Of a stretch of 64,000 nt of DNA, positions 29,757 through 40,115 are shown one piece after another. Under the pieces are notes generated by a model. The model searched no databases, was not told the origin of the DNA, and saw nothing but the letters and a program-made list of their open reading frames with translations. Origin of the DNA: Sphaerochaeta sp. (GTDB taxonomy: Bacteria > Spirochaetota > Spirochaetia > Sphaerochaetales > Sphaerochaetaceae). The stretch spans positions 6,111-70,110 of the forward strand of contig SHOI01000001.1 in the NCBI GenBank assembly GCA_004294855.1, written 5' to 3'. Position 1 is the stretch's first letter, and each line of letters begins with the position of its first letter. A program made the position numbers and the translations under genes.

Positions 29757-31757
29757 ATGGTTCACCTCGTCATCAACATCAACCTCCTTCTCACGATGAG
29801 TATTCTCATCGGGCTCTATCCGTTCAAACTGAACAACTGGTGGGATCGGCATAAAATGGTGCGGGGTGTTATCATCGGTCTTCTGGGCGTGCTGATCATG
29901 AGCTTCCCCTTCATCTATACGGAAGGAATCATCTTCGACACCCGGACGATTCTTTTGGCGGTGAGCGGGATGGTGTTCGGGCTCGTCCCGACTCTCGTCG
30001 CCGCCATCATGATGATCATCTTCCGGGTCATGATGGGCGGAGCGGGAGTCGTGATGGGCATCTCGACGATCCTCGTCTCCTCGACGATCGGAATCGGTTG
30101 GCATCTCTGGCGTTTCGAAGCGGTGGACGACGTGAAGCCCCCGCTTCTGGAGTTCCTCGTGGTGGGCTTCATTTCGCAGTTCTTCTCCTGGCTGTGCCTG
30201 TTCCTTCTGCCCGGAAGCGAGTGGGAAGCAGTCATCCGGATGATCACGATCTACTTCTTGGTGATCTATCCATTCTTCATGGCGGCTCTGGGAATCGTTC
30301 TCCTCTCCCAGATCCAACGAATCACGGCGATGCGTGAAATCGCCCGCAACGAATTCATCCTGAAGACGATCTTTGACGATGCTCCGATCGGCATGAGCCG
30401 AACGGATCTGAAAACGGGCAAGGTGCTGCAGATCAACGACGCCTACGCCCATTTCCTGGGGTATGACAAGGAGGAGATCATCGGGCATACATGGAAGGAA
30501 TTCACCCTCCCTGAAGAACAAGGTGAAAGCGATAAGGCGGATTTTCTACTGGTAAGCGGATCCCGCAACCAAGTGACCCTTGACAAACGGTACCGAACGA
30601 AGGATGGCCGGATCGTCAGCGGCAACCTCACCGTATCCAACCTCTCGATCGGGAAGAGGACGGAGGAAATGCTCGGGATGATGGTGGACATCACCGACCG
30701 GAAGGAATATGAAGAAAGGCTGCTCCGCCTCTCCACCCATGATTCCCTCACCAACCTCTACAGCCGAAACCATTTTGAGCGAACGATCGAAGAGTTCGTG
30801 GTTCCCAAGAATCAGGTTGTGGCGGTGCTGCTGGCCGAAGTGAACGGATTGAAAATCCTCAACGAAGCGTTCGGCCAGGACGAAGGAAACCGCCTGCTGA
30901 AGAAGATCGCCAAGATCCTCCAGGCCTCGACGGAGGAGACCGATTACCTGGCCCGGATCGGCGGAGACGATTTCGTCGTGATTCTCACCGGTCGCACTCG
31001 GCATGAATACCAGGCGATCGCCAAGGACATCACGGAGAAGCTCTCCCTCGTCCAGATGCCCGGCGGGATGGACATGAGCGTCAGCGTCGTCCATGCCGTG
31101 GCGGATGAAAGGGATCGGACCCTCCACAAAGCGATCGAAGAAGCGGAAAAAACCTTGAAGACCCGCAAGCTTTTCGAGGAGGCCCCGATCATAGAGAACC
31201 TCGTGCAGACCGTCATGAACGCGTTGCACGTTCGGAATAAGTCGGAAGAGCACCACAGCCGAAGAGTTTCCTTCCTCAGCGAACAGCTCGGGCGGGTGAT
31301 CGGGCTAAGTGAAAACGATATTACCCAGCTTCGTTTGGCGGGTCTCTTTCATGATATCGGAAAAATTGCGATCGCTGAAGAGATCCTCAACAAACACGGC
31401 GGGCTTACCGCCGAGGAATTCAGCGAAATACAGCGCCACGTGGAGATCGGCTACCGCCTCCTCAGCAGCGTGGAAGGCATGGCTCCCATCGCCCATGTTG
31501 TTTTATCCCATCATGAACGGATCGATGGGACGGGGTACCCGCGGGGAATCAAAGGAGATGCGATTCCCCTTCAGGCCCGCATCATCTCAATCGCCGATGC
31601 CTACGATGCGATGACCTCCATTCGAACCTACAAGCAGCAGGTCAGCAGCCAGCAGGCGGCGCGCGAGCTCAAAGCGTGCAGCGGCACGCAGTTTGATGCG
31701 GACCTCGTCAAACATTTCATTGAAGGGGTTCTCTTCCTCCCCTATGATGAGCTCTGA
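29757..31757 (+). CDS. 5TM(LytS-like)-PAS-GGDEF(degenerate)-HD-GYP protein
   Basis: GIIFDTR, PAS, RIGGDDF, HSRRV, HDIGK, HHERIDGTGYP, ADAYDAM. Confidence 0.9.
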   Translation: MVHLVININLLLTMSILIGLYPFKLNNWWDRHKMVRGVIIGLLGVLIMSFPFIYTEGIIFDTRTILLAVSGMVFGLVPTLVAAIMMIIFRVMMGGAGVVMGISTILVSSTIGIGWHLWRFEAVDDVKPPLLEFLVVGFISQFFSWLCLFLLPGSEWEAVIRMITIYFLVIYPFFMAALGIVLLSQIQRITAMREIARNEFILKTIFDDAPIGMSRTDLKTGKVLQINDAYAHFLGYDKEEIIGHTWKEFTLPEEQGESDKADFLLVSGSRNQVTLDKRYRTKDGRIVSGNLTVSNLSIGKRTEEMLGMMVDITDRKEYEERLLRLSTHDSLTNLYSRNHFERTIEEFVVPKNQVVAVLLAEVNGLKILNEAFGQDEGNRLLKKIAKILQASTEETDYLARIGGDDFVVILTGRTRHEYQAIAKDITEKLSLVQMPGGMDMSVSVVHAVADERDRTLHKAIEEAEKTLKTRKLFEEAPIIENLVQTVMNALHVRNKSEEHHSRRVSFLSEQLGRVIGLSENDITQLRLAGLFHDIGKIAIAEEILNKHGGLTAEEFSEIQRHVEIGYRLLSSVEGMAPIAHVVLSHHERIDGTGYPRGIKGDAIPLQARIISIADAYDAMTSIRTYKQQVSSQQAARELKACSGTQFDADLVKHFIEGVLFLPYDEL

Positions 31758-31788
31758 GAAGCTCGGCGAATACCTGAAAAAACATCAA

Positions 31789-31869
31789 CATACATATTTA
31801 TGCAAAGAATCTCCCGTTTTTATGCATAAGTACTAGTAATATTTTTCATTTTACGTATAATTATACCAA
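31789..31869 (+). promoter_or_regulatory. ARG-box-like operators upstream of argC
   Basis: CATACATATTTATGCAAA, TATGCATAAGTA, CGTATAATTATACC resemble the ArgR consensus. Confidence 0.6.
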
Positions 31870-31888
31870 TCTTGATGAGGAGGTTGAT

Positions 31889-32929
31889 ATGATTCGCTGT
31901 GGGGTTATTGGAGCGACCGGCTATGCGGGCTCGATTCTTGTTACGTTGTTGGTCGGCCATCCTGAGGTTGAACCGGTCTATCTCGCTTCCCATTCCTATG
32001 TCGGTAAACGATATAGCGATATCTATCCCTCGATGGTCGGATACTGCGATCTTCCCCTTCAGGAGGAGGACCTTGAAGAAGCGAGTACCTTCTGCGACGT
32101 TCTCTTTCTGGCGCTTCCCCACACCCTTGCTTCTCAAAAAGTAACGCAGCAGATTCTGGACCGGACGGTCATCATCGATCTCGGGGCGGATTACCGCTTG
32201 CATGACGTGGATGTATACGAAGCGTGGTATCAGTGCAAGCACGCATCCAGGGAGCTGATGAGCCAAGCTGTGTATGGACTCTGTGAACTGCACCGCGGGG
32301 CGATCAGGAAGACCAACCTCATCGCCAACCCCGGATGTTATACGACGTGTTCGATCCTGACGCTGGCGCCGCTCGTCGGGGAAGGATTGATCGACCCCTC
32401 TTCGATCATCATCGACAGCGCCAGCGGGGTGACCGGGGCGGGACGCTCCGAAAAGACGGCGAACCTTTTTTCCGAGATCAATGAATCGTACAAAGCGTAC
32501 GGGGTGACGAACCACCGCCACACGGTGGAGATCGAGCAGGAGCTGAGCATCTTGAATAGAGAACCGCTGCTTGTCCAGTTCACCCCGCACCTCGTTCCGA
32601 TGAACCGGGGGATTCTAAGCACCTGCTACGCCGACCTCAAGGAGGGGGTGGCGGAGAAAGAGGTCGCCGAGGCGTATGAGAAGTGGTACAAGGATGAGGG
32701 GTTCATCCGCTTGATGGGTTCGAACCTGCCGGAGACCCGGTACGTCCACTCGACCAATACGGTCGCCATCGGGTGGAAAGTCGATCCCCGGACGAAGCGG
32801 GTGGTCGCTCTCGGGGCGATCGACAACCTGGTCAAAGGCGCCGGCGGCCAAGCGGTGCAGAACATGAATATCCGATTCGGCCTTGACGAGGCGACGGGCC
32901 TTAAGAAATGGATCGCCAACCCCCTGTAG
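31889..32929 (+). CDS. argC: N-acetyl-gamma-glutamyl-phosphate reductase
   Basis: GATGYAG, ANPGCY, SGVTGAGR, DNLVKGAGGQAVQN. Confidence 0.97.
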   Translation: MIRCGVIGATGYAGSILVTLLVGHPEVEPVYLASHSYVGKRYSDIYPSMVGYCDLPLQEEDLEEASTFCDVLFLALPHTLASQKVTQQILDRTVIIDLGADYRLHDVDVYEAWYQCKHASRELMSQAVYGLCELHRGAIRKTNLIANPGCYTTCSILTLAPLVGEGLIDPSSIIIDSASGVTGAGRSEKTANLFSEINESYKAYGVTNHRHTVEIEQELSILNREPLLVQFTPHLVPMNRGILSTCYADLKEGVAEKEVAEAYEKWYKDEGFIRLMGSNLPETRYVHSTNTVAIGWKVDPRTKRVVALGAIDNLVKGAGGQAVQNMNIRFGLDEATGLKKWIANPL

Positions 32930-32940
32930 GAGAAGAGAGG

Positions 32941-34164
32941 ATGTACAAACTCATAGAAGGCGGAGTCACCGCTGCGAAAGGCTATCAGGCAGGCGGCATT
33001 GCATGCGGGATAAAAAAGCATAAGAAAGATCTTGCCATAATCTACTCCGAGGCTCCCTGCACCTTTGCCGGCAGTTTCACTACCAATCTCGTGAAAGCCG
33101 CCCCGGTGCTCTGGGATCAAAAGGTGATTGAAACAAGCGGGACGGTCCATTGCATTCTCGTCAACAGCGGCAACGCCAATGCGGCGACCGGTGAAAAAGG
33201 ATTGCGCGATGCACAGGCGAGCGCCGCCCTCATCGCCGGTCACTTCGGCATTCAAACAGAGCAGACGCTGGTATGCTCCACCGGAGTGATCGGCTTTCCG
33301 CTGCCGATGGAAACGATCGAAAAAGGGATCGCTTCGATCGTCCAAACCCTTGATACCACCAACGAAGCGGCCCTGAACGCCGCTCAGGCGATTCTCACCA
33401 CCGACACGTTCACGAAGCAGGTGGCGGTTGAAGTGCTTGTTGACCAAAAGCCGGTCCGCATCGGCGGGATGGCGAAAGGGAGCGGGATGATCCACCCGAA
33501 TATGGCCACGATGCTCTCCTTCATCACCACCGATGCAAAGATATCCAAAGCGGATCTTCAAGCGCTCCTCGGTTCTTCAATCGAGGATACCTACAATATG
33601 ATCAGTGTCGACGGGGATACCTCGACCAACGACACGGTTCTGGTCCTCGCCAACGGCGAAGCGAAAAATGAGATGCTTTCTCCTTCCCATCCCGATTGGC
33701 CAGCATTTGTCAGTGCGTTCGATCATGTGAACGCCGAGCTGGCGAAACTGATCGTCAAGGACGGAGAAGGGGCACAAAAGTTCATCGAGATGACCGTCGC
33801 GGGCGCTAAGGACAAAGAGACCGCCCGGACTCTTGCCCGCAGTGTGGTCTCCTCCAATCTGGTGAAGACGGCGTTCTTCGGCAGCGATGCGAACTGGGGG
33901 CGGATCTTCTGTGCCATGGGGTACAGCGGAGCTCAATTCAACCCGCAGAAGACGGATCTGTTCTTCGCTTCGGAAAAGGGCAGGATTCAAGTCCTCAAAG
34001 ACGGGGAGCCGCTGCCCTTTGATGAACGGGAGGCGAAGCGGATCCTCTCGGAACCGGTGATTTACTGCACCGCGGTTCTCAAGGACGGGGAAGCCTCCGC
34101 CACGGCGTGGGGGTGCGACCTTTCCTACGAGTACGTCCGAATTAATGGAGATTATCGAAGTTGA
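32941..34164 (+). CDS. argJ: Ornithine acetyltransferase / N-acetylglutamate synthase
   Basis: KGSGMIHPNMATML, DGDTSTND, DGEGA, ANWGR. Confidence 0.97.
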   Translation: MYKLIEGGVTAAKGYQAGGIACGIKKHKKDLAIIYSEAPCTFAGSFTTNLVKAAPVLWDQKVIETSGTVHCILVNSGNANAATGEKGLRDAQASAALIAGHFGIQTEQTLVCSTGVIGFPLPMETIEKGIASIVQTLDTTNEAALNAAQAILTTDTFTKQVAVEVLVDQKPVRIGGMAKGSGMIHPNMATMLSFITTDAKISKADLQALLGSSIEDTYNMISVDGDTSTNDTVLVLANGEAKNEMLSPSHPDWPAFVSAFDHVNAELAKLIVKDGEGAQKFIEMTVAGAKDKETARTLARSVVSSNLVKTAFFGSDANWGRIFCAMGYSGAQFNPQKTDLFFASEKGRIQVLKDGEPLPFDEREAKRILSEPVIYCTAVLKDGEASATAWGCDLSYEYVRINGDYRS

Positions 34165-35051
34165 CGACACATACAGTAGCCCAGGAAATTTTGAAAGCGG
34201 AAACCCTCATCGAGGCGATACCGTACATTCGGCGGTTCGCCGGAGCGATCGCCGTCGTGAAGTATGGCGGTTCGGCGATGGTCAATGCCGAGCTGAAGAA
34301 AGCGGTCATCGAAGATATCGCGATGCTGAAGTATATCGGTCTGAAACCGGTAGTCGTCCACGGCGGCGGAGCGGAGATCTCAAATCTCCTTGCCCGCCTC
34401 GGCAAGGAGAGCGTCTTCATCGACGGATTGAGGGTGACGGATGAGGAGACCGCTTTGGTGGCCGAGATGGTGCTTTCCGGCTCGATCGGGAAATCCCTGG
34501 TGGACAACTTGGAGCAGGTCGGCATCAAGGCGGTGGGGATCAGCGGCAAGGACGGCCGGACGTTCCTGTGCGAAAAGAAAAAGGATGAGAAAGGCCGGGA
34601 CCTCGGCTTTGTCGGAGAGATCAGGAAGGTCGACACCACCTTGGTGGATTCCCTCTTGAAGAGCAACTTCGTCCCCGTCCTTTCCCCGGTCGGGGTCGAC
34701 ACCGAGGGAAATACCTACAATATCAACGCCGATTATGCCGCCAGTGCGATCGCCGGAGCGCTGTCGGCCCAAAAGCTGATCTTCCTGACCGATGTGGAGG
34801 GGATTCTCAAGGACAAGGACGATCCTTCCACGATCATCCGGACCCTGACCCACGGCGAGGCGGTTTCCTATATCGAGCAGGGGATCATCAAAGGTGGGAT
34901 GATTCCCAAGGTTCAATGCTGCTTGGACGGGCTGGAAAAAGGGGTCGAGAGCGTCCACGTCCTCGACGGACGGCTGCCCCATGCGATTCTCCTTGAGATC
35001 TTCACCACTCGGGGAATCGGAACGATGGTCACCAAGGAGAAAACACCATGA
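34161..35051 (+). CDS. argB: Acetylglutamate kinase
   Basis: VKYGG, VHGGG, GLRVTD, NINAD, GGMIPK. Confidence 0.97.
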   Translation: MTTHTVAQEILKAETLIEAIPYIRRFAGAIAVVKYGGSAMVNAELKKAVIEDIAMLKYIGLKPVVVHGGGAEISNLLARLGKESVFIDGLRVTDEETALVAEMVLSGSIGKSLVDNLEQVGIKAVGISGKDGRTFLCEKKKDEKGRDLGFVGEIRKVDTTLVDSLLKSNFVPVLSPVGVDTEGNTYNINADYAASAIAGALSAQKLIFLTDVEGILKDKDDPSTIIRTLTHGEAVSYIEQGIIKGGMIPKVQCCLDGLEKGVESVHVLDGRLPHAILLEIFTTRGIGTMVTKEKTP

Positions 35052-36217
35052 GCAACAACCATCTGATGAATACCTATTCGCAATGGCCCGTCACGTTCAT
35101 AAGCGGCGAAGGGGCGTATCTGAAGGATGACAAGGGCGATGCGTATCTCGATTTCGTCGGAGGGATCGCAGTCAACGCGTTGGGATATAAGCATGAGGGG
35201 CTTGCCGCCGTCATCCGGGAAGTCCTTGATTCGGGAGTGCTCCATGTTTCCAATCTCTACTACAACGCCCATGTGCTGGAGGCGGCAAAGAAGCTTGCCG
35301 CCCTGAGCGGGATGGAGAAGGTATTCTTCTGCAACAGCGGAGCGGAAGCGAATGAAGCGGCGTTGAAGCTTACCCGGAAGTGGGGGAGCGGAAAGAACAA
35401 ATCCACGATCATCTCGATGCTTGATTCCTTTCATGGCCGGACGTATGCGGCGGTGACGGCGACCGGGCAGAAAAAATACCACCGGCACTTCGCTCCGCTT
35501 CCCCCCGGATTCGTCTATGCGCATTTCAACGACCTTGATTCGGTAAAGGCGCTCGTCGATGAACGGACGTGCGCGATCATCGTCGAGCCGATCCAGGGTG
35601 AGGGCGGAATCGTCCCGGCGACAAAGGAGTTTCTTCACGGCCTGCGCGATCTGTGCGACCGGCACGAACTGCTCTTGATCTATGATGAAGTGCAATGCGG
35701 AATGGGGCGAAGCGGAAAGCCCTTCGCCCATCAGCTCTACGGGGTGAAGCCGGATATTCTCACCACCGCCAAAGCGCTTGCCGGAGGGGTTCCGGCGGGG
35801 GCGATGCTGGCCCAAGGGGAAGCAAGCGATGTCTTCGTTCCCGGGGACCACGCTTCCACATTCGGCGGGAACGCCTTGGCGGCGCGGGCGATCATCTACA
35901 TGTGCGACACTCTTCAAGAGAAAGCATTTCTTTCCCACGTTGAAGCGATGGGCCGCTACCTTCGAATGAAGCTCGAGGAGCTCAAAGTTCAATTTCCCAA
36001 CCTGATCACCGCCGTCCGCGGCGTTGGCCTGATCAACGGCATCGCGCTCACGATCCCTCCGAAAGAAGTGGTGGCGAAGTGCTTTGAGAAGAAGCTCCTT
36101 CTTGCAAGCGCCGGTTCCAACGTCGTTCGCTTCGTTCCGCCGCTCATCATCACCGAGAAGGAGATCGATGCCGCCGTCAAGATTCTTCAAGAAAGCTTGA
36201 GTGAGGTACGTTCATAG
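35048..36217 (+). CDS. argD: Acetylornithine aminotransferase
   Basis: NSGAEANE, FHGRT, EPIQGEGG, DEVQCG, TAKALAGG. Confidence 0.94.
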   Translation: MSNNHLMNTYSQWPVTFISGEGAYLKDDKGDAYLDFVGGIAVNALGYKHEGLAAVIREVLDSGVLHVSNLYYNAHVLEAAKKLAALSGMEKVFFCNSGAEANEAALKLTRKWGSGKNKSTIISMLDSFHGRTYAAVTATGQKKYHRHFAPLPPGFVYAHFNDLDSVKALVDERTCAIIVEPIQGEGGIVPATKEFLHGLRDLCDRHELLLIYDEVQCGMGRSGKPFAHQLYGVKPDILTTAKALAGGVPAGAMLAQGEASDVFVPGDHASTFGGNALAARAIIYMCDTLQEKAFLSHVEAMGRYLRMKLEELKVQFPNLITAVRGVGLINGIALTIPPKEVVAKCFEKKLLLASAGSNVVRFVPPLIITEKEIDAAVKILQESLSEVRS

Positions 36218-36817
36218 CAGGATCGTCGGCAGGACGAACTTTTTGCAATAGAGAAGGCCTTCTTCGACGAGATCGAAGGAGGCCGAGCCGATGTTCCAAT
36301 CGAGAAAAAGGCCGCGCATCGAGCGGTTGAAGAACAGGGCATATTGTTCAGCCGAGAGGCCGGTTCGACACTCTCCGTTGATTTGGCCCTTTTCAATGAT
36401 CGAGCGGATGAACGTATGCCAGAACCGGGTCGGATTGGTGATGACCTTCGCCGAGCCTTGCTGGAGCACTTGATTGGCATACAGAACCTTCAGCATTTCG
36501 ACCCCGATTTCATCGCGGACATAGGTTAGCTGGAGCTCGGTGAACTTCAAAAGCTTCTCTTCGGTTGTTTGATGGCGCAGGACCTCTTTCTCCACCGTTT
36601 GATAGTACCCGTCGATCATCCAAAACCCTTCGACGATGATGTCGCTCTTTGTCGAAAAGTAGGTGTAGAAGCTTCCCTTGGCCGTGCCGGAATGATCGGC
36701 GATATCCTGAAGGGATACGTTGTCGAATCCCCGTTCCTTGAAGAGGTTCCACGCAATTTCGAAGATTTTCGCCTTTGTGCGGTCGGACTTGGTCATTCGT
36801 TGTGTATGTTCAGCCAA
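36212..36817 (-). CDS. TetR family regulator
   Basis: GFDNVSLQDIA...AKGSFYTYFSTK. Confidence 0.92.
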   Translation of the reverse strand: MAEHTQRMTKSDRTKAKIFEIAWNLFKERGFDNVSLQDIADHSGTAKGSFYTYFSTKSDIIVEGFWMIDGYYQTVEKEVLRHQTTEEKLLKFTELQLTYVRDEIGVEMLKVLYANQVLQQGSAKVITNPTRFWHTFIRSIIEKGQINGECRTGLSAEQYALFFNRSMRGLFLDWNIGSASFDLVEEGLLYCKKFVLPTILL

Positions 36818-36826
36818 ACCATGCTC

Positions 36827-38245
36827 CTACTGCAGTATTTTTCCCGGGTTCATGATCCCGTTCGGGTCAAGGGCGCGTTTAATCTGCTCCATCACCCGAT
36901 ACTCGATCGGAGAAGTGAACTCCTTGAAGAACTCCCTTCGCTTGAGGCCGATCCCGTGCTCGCCGCTGATCTTCCCACCGAGTTCACCGATGATGAACTC
37001 ATACAGTTCGCCAAGGATTTTAGGTTCGACCTCAAGCCAATGCTCCATCGTGAATTCGGGGTTTTTAATCACCGTGGCGTGGAGGTTCCCGTCTCCGGCA
37101 TGCCCGTAACAGGGGATCAGGACGTCATGTTCTTTGGAGAGCTTATCCAAAAAGGGTATCACCTTGGGGATTGAGCCGATCGGAACGACGATGTCTTCAA
37201 GGCTTTGAATCGGGCTGTATACCTTGATCGCCTCGGCGATCGCCCGCCGGACCGACCAGACCCGTTCCCGGTTGTTCGCATCTTCGGCGATATATACCTC
37301 GATCGCTCCCTGCTCCATGCACAGATCGCCCACTTGGATGAGCTGTTGTTCGACGACCGCTTCATCGATGCCGTCGATCTCGATGAGGAGCAACGCTCCG
37401 ACTCCCTCGATCGGAAGGCTTTCATTGAGGTAGTCACAGGAGATTCTGGTGGAGAGGTAGTCCATGAATTCGATGGAGGTGGGGATGATTCCCTGCTTCA
37501 TCAATACGGGGACGACGGAGATCGCCTGCTGCGGGGTAGTGAAGGTGACAAGCAGATCCGAGGAGGTTTTCGGCAAGCCCAAAAGCTTGATCGTCGCCTC
37601 GGTGATGACCCCCAGCGTTCCCTCCGAGCCGATGTACAGCTGCTTCAGATCGTAGCCGCTCACGTCTTTGGTGTTTTTTCCGCCCAGGTTCAGGATCTCT
37701 CCCTGCGGCGTCACCACTTCCATGCCGAGGATGTACCGTCCGGTGACCCCGTATTTGATCGCTTTCCCTCCACCGGCGTTCTCGGCGATGTTTCCCCCGA
37801 GCATGCATGTTTCAAGGCTCATCGGATAGCCGGCGAAGAACAGTCCCAGCTCTTTGAGGCGGTTGTTGAGCTCGTTCGTGACGATGCCCGCCTGGGCGGT
37901 CACCGTGAGGTTCGCTTCATCGATCTCCACGATCGAGTTCATCTTCTCCACGGAGAGGACGATGCCCCCGTAGATCGGGATCGCCCCGCCGGAGAGCCCC
38001 GAACCGGCGCCTCGGGGCGTTACCGGGATTCTATGGGTGTCGGCCAGCTTCATGATCTGCGCCACCTGAGAGGTCGTCACCGGGGTCACGACTACTTCCG
38101 GCATCGCCGCATATTGCTCAACGGAGGTTTCGTCGTGGCTGTAGCCTTCCATCCGCTCCCGATCGACCAACACGTTGGGTTCGCCAGCGATCTTCCGCAG
38201 CTGCTTCACGATGGCTGTTGTTACGGTTCCATACTCATGCTTCAT
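36827..38245 (-). CDS. FAD-linked 2-hydroxyacid (D-lactate/glycolate-type) dehydrogenase
   Basis: PRGAGSGLSGGA, GGNIAENAGG, GSEGTLG, GHAGDGNLH, SGEHGIG, NPGK. Confidence 0.92.
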   Translation of the reverse strand: MKHEYGTVTTAIVKQLRKIAGEPNVLVDRERMEGYSHDETSVEQYAAMPEVVVTPVTTSQVAQIMKLADTHRIPVTPRGAGSGLSGGAIPIYGGIVLSVEKMNSIVEIDEANLTVTAQAGIVTNELNNRLKELGLFFAGYPMSLETCMLGGNIAENAGGGKAIKYGVTGRYILGMEVVTPQGEILNLGGKNTKDVSGYDLKQLYIGSEGTLGVITEATIKLLGLPKTSSDLLVTFTTPQQAISVVPVLMKQGIIPTSIEFMDYLSTRISCDYLNESLPIEGVGALLLIEIDGIDEAVVEQQLIQVGDLCMEQGAIEVYIAEDANNRERVWSVRRAIAEAIKVYSPIQSLEDIVVPIGSIPKVIPFLDKLSKEHDVLIPCYGHAGDGNLHATVIKNPEFTMEHWLEVEPKILGELYEFIIGELGGKISGEHGIGLKRREFFKEFTSPIEYRVMEQIKRALDPNGIMNPGKILQ

Positions 38246-39243
38246 GCGTTGTTCCTTTTCTCAAGCTGTCGGGTGAGCTCGGGCACCACGTCGAACAGGT
38301 CGCCGATGATCGCAAAATCGGCGAGTCCCAGAATATGTGCCTGTTCATCATTGTTGATCGCGACGATGCACTCCGAGGTCTTGATACCGGCCAGGTGCTG
38401 GATCGCCCCGGAGATTCCCACGGCGAGGTACAGCTTCGGCGAGACGGTCTTCCCGGAAAGCCCCACTTGGTGCGGGTAGGAGATCCACCCTCGATCGACG
38501 GCATCGCGGGTGGCTCCGACCTCACCGCCCAGAACGGCAGCAAGCTCTTCAATCAATCCGACATTGTCTTTCTTCTTGAGGCCCTTTCCTCCGGAAACGA
38601 TGATCTCCGCTTCATCGATGCTGCTCTGCTGCCCTTCAAAGGGTCTTATACCGGTAACTGATATTGTGCTTACTGAAACCTTATCGGGATACTTAACATA
38701 CTGTATTACCGCTTTTCGACCATAGTCCGGCTCCAAGATCTTCGTGGAGCGGGGGCGGACCGTCGCCATCTGCGGGCGGTGGTTCGGGGTGATGATCGTC
38801 GCCATGATGTTGCCGCCGATGGCGGGACGGGTTTGCAGCAGGTTCTTCGTCTTCTCATCGATCGCCAGCTCGGTGCAGTCCGCAGTCAGGCCCGCATGGG
38901 CTTTGATGCCGACATACGGCATCAATGTTCGACCACTGCTCGTCGCACCGGCGAGGATGACCTCGGGTTTATGGGTTTCGATCAAGGAGAGGAGAACGTT
39001 GGCGTATCGCGTGCACTCGAAAGAGGCCAATCCGGAATCGTTTGCCAGATACACGACATCGGCTCCATAATGGGCCAGGGTTTGCGCCTCCTCGTCACTG
39101 ATCCCATCCCCGATGACGATGCTGCAGAGGGCGACGCCGAGGTCATCGGCAAGCTTTCTTCCCCGGGCCAGCAGTTCAAAAGAGATCTGTTTAAGTTTTC
39201 CATTCAGCGTTTCGCTGATCGTCCAGACATCATGCATCGTCAT
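38242..39243 (-). CDS. etfA: Electron transfer flavoprotein alpha subunit
   Basis: GLTADCT, RPQMATVRP, QVGLSGKTV, GISGAIQH. Confidence 0.95.
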   Translation of the reverse strand: MTMHDVWTISETLNGKLKQISFELLARGRKLADDLGVALCSIVIGDGISDEEAQTLAHYGADVVYLANDSGLASFECTRYANVLLSLIETHKPEVILAGATSSGRTLMPYVGIKAHAGLTADCTELAIDEKTKNLLQTRPAIGGNIMATIITPNHRPQMATVRPRSTKILEPDYGRKAVIQYVKYPDKVSVSTISVTGIRPFEGQQSSIDEAEIIVSGGKGLKKKDNVGLIEELAAVLGGEVGATRDAVDRGWISYPHQVGLSGKTVSPKLYLAVGISGAIQHLAGIKTSECIVAINNDEQAHILGLADFAIIGDLFDVVPELTRQLEKRNNA

Positions 39244-40049
39244 ACCTCCTGACCGAGCAGGTTGCGAGCTTCCAGAAACTCGATCAGCTCTGAAACGGCG
39301 ACTTCGGTGCTCAGCTCTTCGCCGATGACGAGCGTCCTGCAGGACCGGCTCACCTTGGGTGTTTCAATTTTAACGACCCGGGTCGGCGAGCCTTTCAATC
39401 CGATTTTCAAGGGGTCCGGGTCGACTTCCGCAACACCCCAGACCGGGATGGTCGTGTTCATGGAGCGTTTTTTTCCGCGCAAGGTCGGAAGTCGCACCTC
39501 CGCGATCTCTTTTACGACGGTAAGCAGGGCGGGGAGCGTGCCTTGGACCTGCTGATATCCTTCTTCGATGAGGCGTTCGGCGGTGAACTCCGACGGAGAG
39601 GTGATATCGACGGATGCGACATACGAGACGACCGGGATGTCAAGCCAGGCGGCGATCCCCGGCCCCACCTGAGCGGTATCGCCGTCGGTCGCCCGTTCTC
39701 CGGTGATGATGAGATCCACGTCCCCGATCTTCCGGATCGCTTTCGAGAGGATGTACGAGGTTGCGTAGGTGTCGGATCCGGAAAACTCCCGGGCGCTCAG
39801 ATGAACCGCCTCATCACACCCCATGCTGAGGGCTTCCTTCAAGATTCTGTTGGCGCCCGCCGGTCCCATCGTAATCACCGTAACGGTCGCATTCCATTCT
39901 TCTTTGAGCCTCAGCGCCGTTTCGATCGCATACAAGTCCAAGGGATTGAGGACCGAGACGGAGCCGCTTCGAATCATTGTTCCGGTGACCGGATCCATTT
40001 TGACGTCGCTGCTTTGGGGAACTTGTTTTATAGGTACAATGATACGCAT
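39240..40049 (-). CDS. etfB: Electron transfer flavoprotein beta subunit
   Basis: IKQVP, NPLD, TMGP, DGDTAQVGP, GLKGSPT; start MRIIVP with GGAGG RBS. Confidence 0.95.
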   Translation of the reverse strand: MRIIVPIKQVPQSSDVKMDPVTGTMIRSGSVSVLNPLDLYAIETALRLKEEWNATVTVITMGPAGANRILKEALSMGCDEAVHLSAREFSGSDTYATSYILSKAIRKIGDVDLIITGERATDGDTAQVGPGIAAWLDIPVVSYVASVDITSPSEFTAERLIEEGYQQVQGTLPALLTVVKEIAEVRLPTLRGKKRSMNTTIPVWGVAEVDPDPLKIGLKGSPTRVVKIETPKVSRSCRTLVIGEELSTEVAVSELIEFLEARNLLGQEV

Positions 40050-40068
40050 AGTCCCTCCTTTTGAGGAC

Positions 40069-40115
40069 AGTCTAAAACGGGAATATGCAGCAGTCAAGAA
40101 AAATGACCGCGGTCA
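40069..40115 (-). promoter_or_regulatory. etfB promoter with upstream TGAC-N4-GTCA palindrome
   Basis: TTGACT-17-TAGACT (40069-40097); TGACCGCGGTCA (40104-40115). Confidence 0.65.

Noticed and set aside
28992-30521. Long antisense ORFs (also 34913-36190, 37205-38479, 62334-63557, 20094-21113, 23728-24828)
   Set aside because: Shadows of well-supported genes in GC-rich DNA; no recognisable motifs
31889-36217. argCJBD operon as novelty
   Set aside because: Ordinary arginine biosynthesis genes
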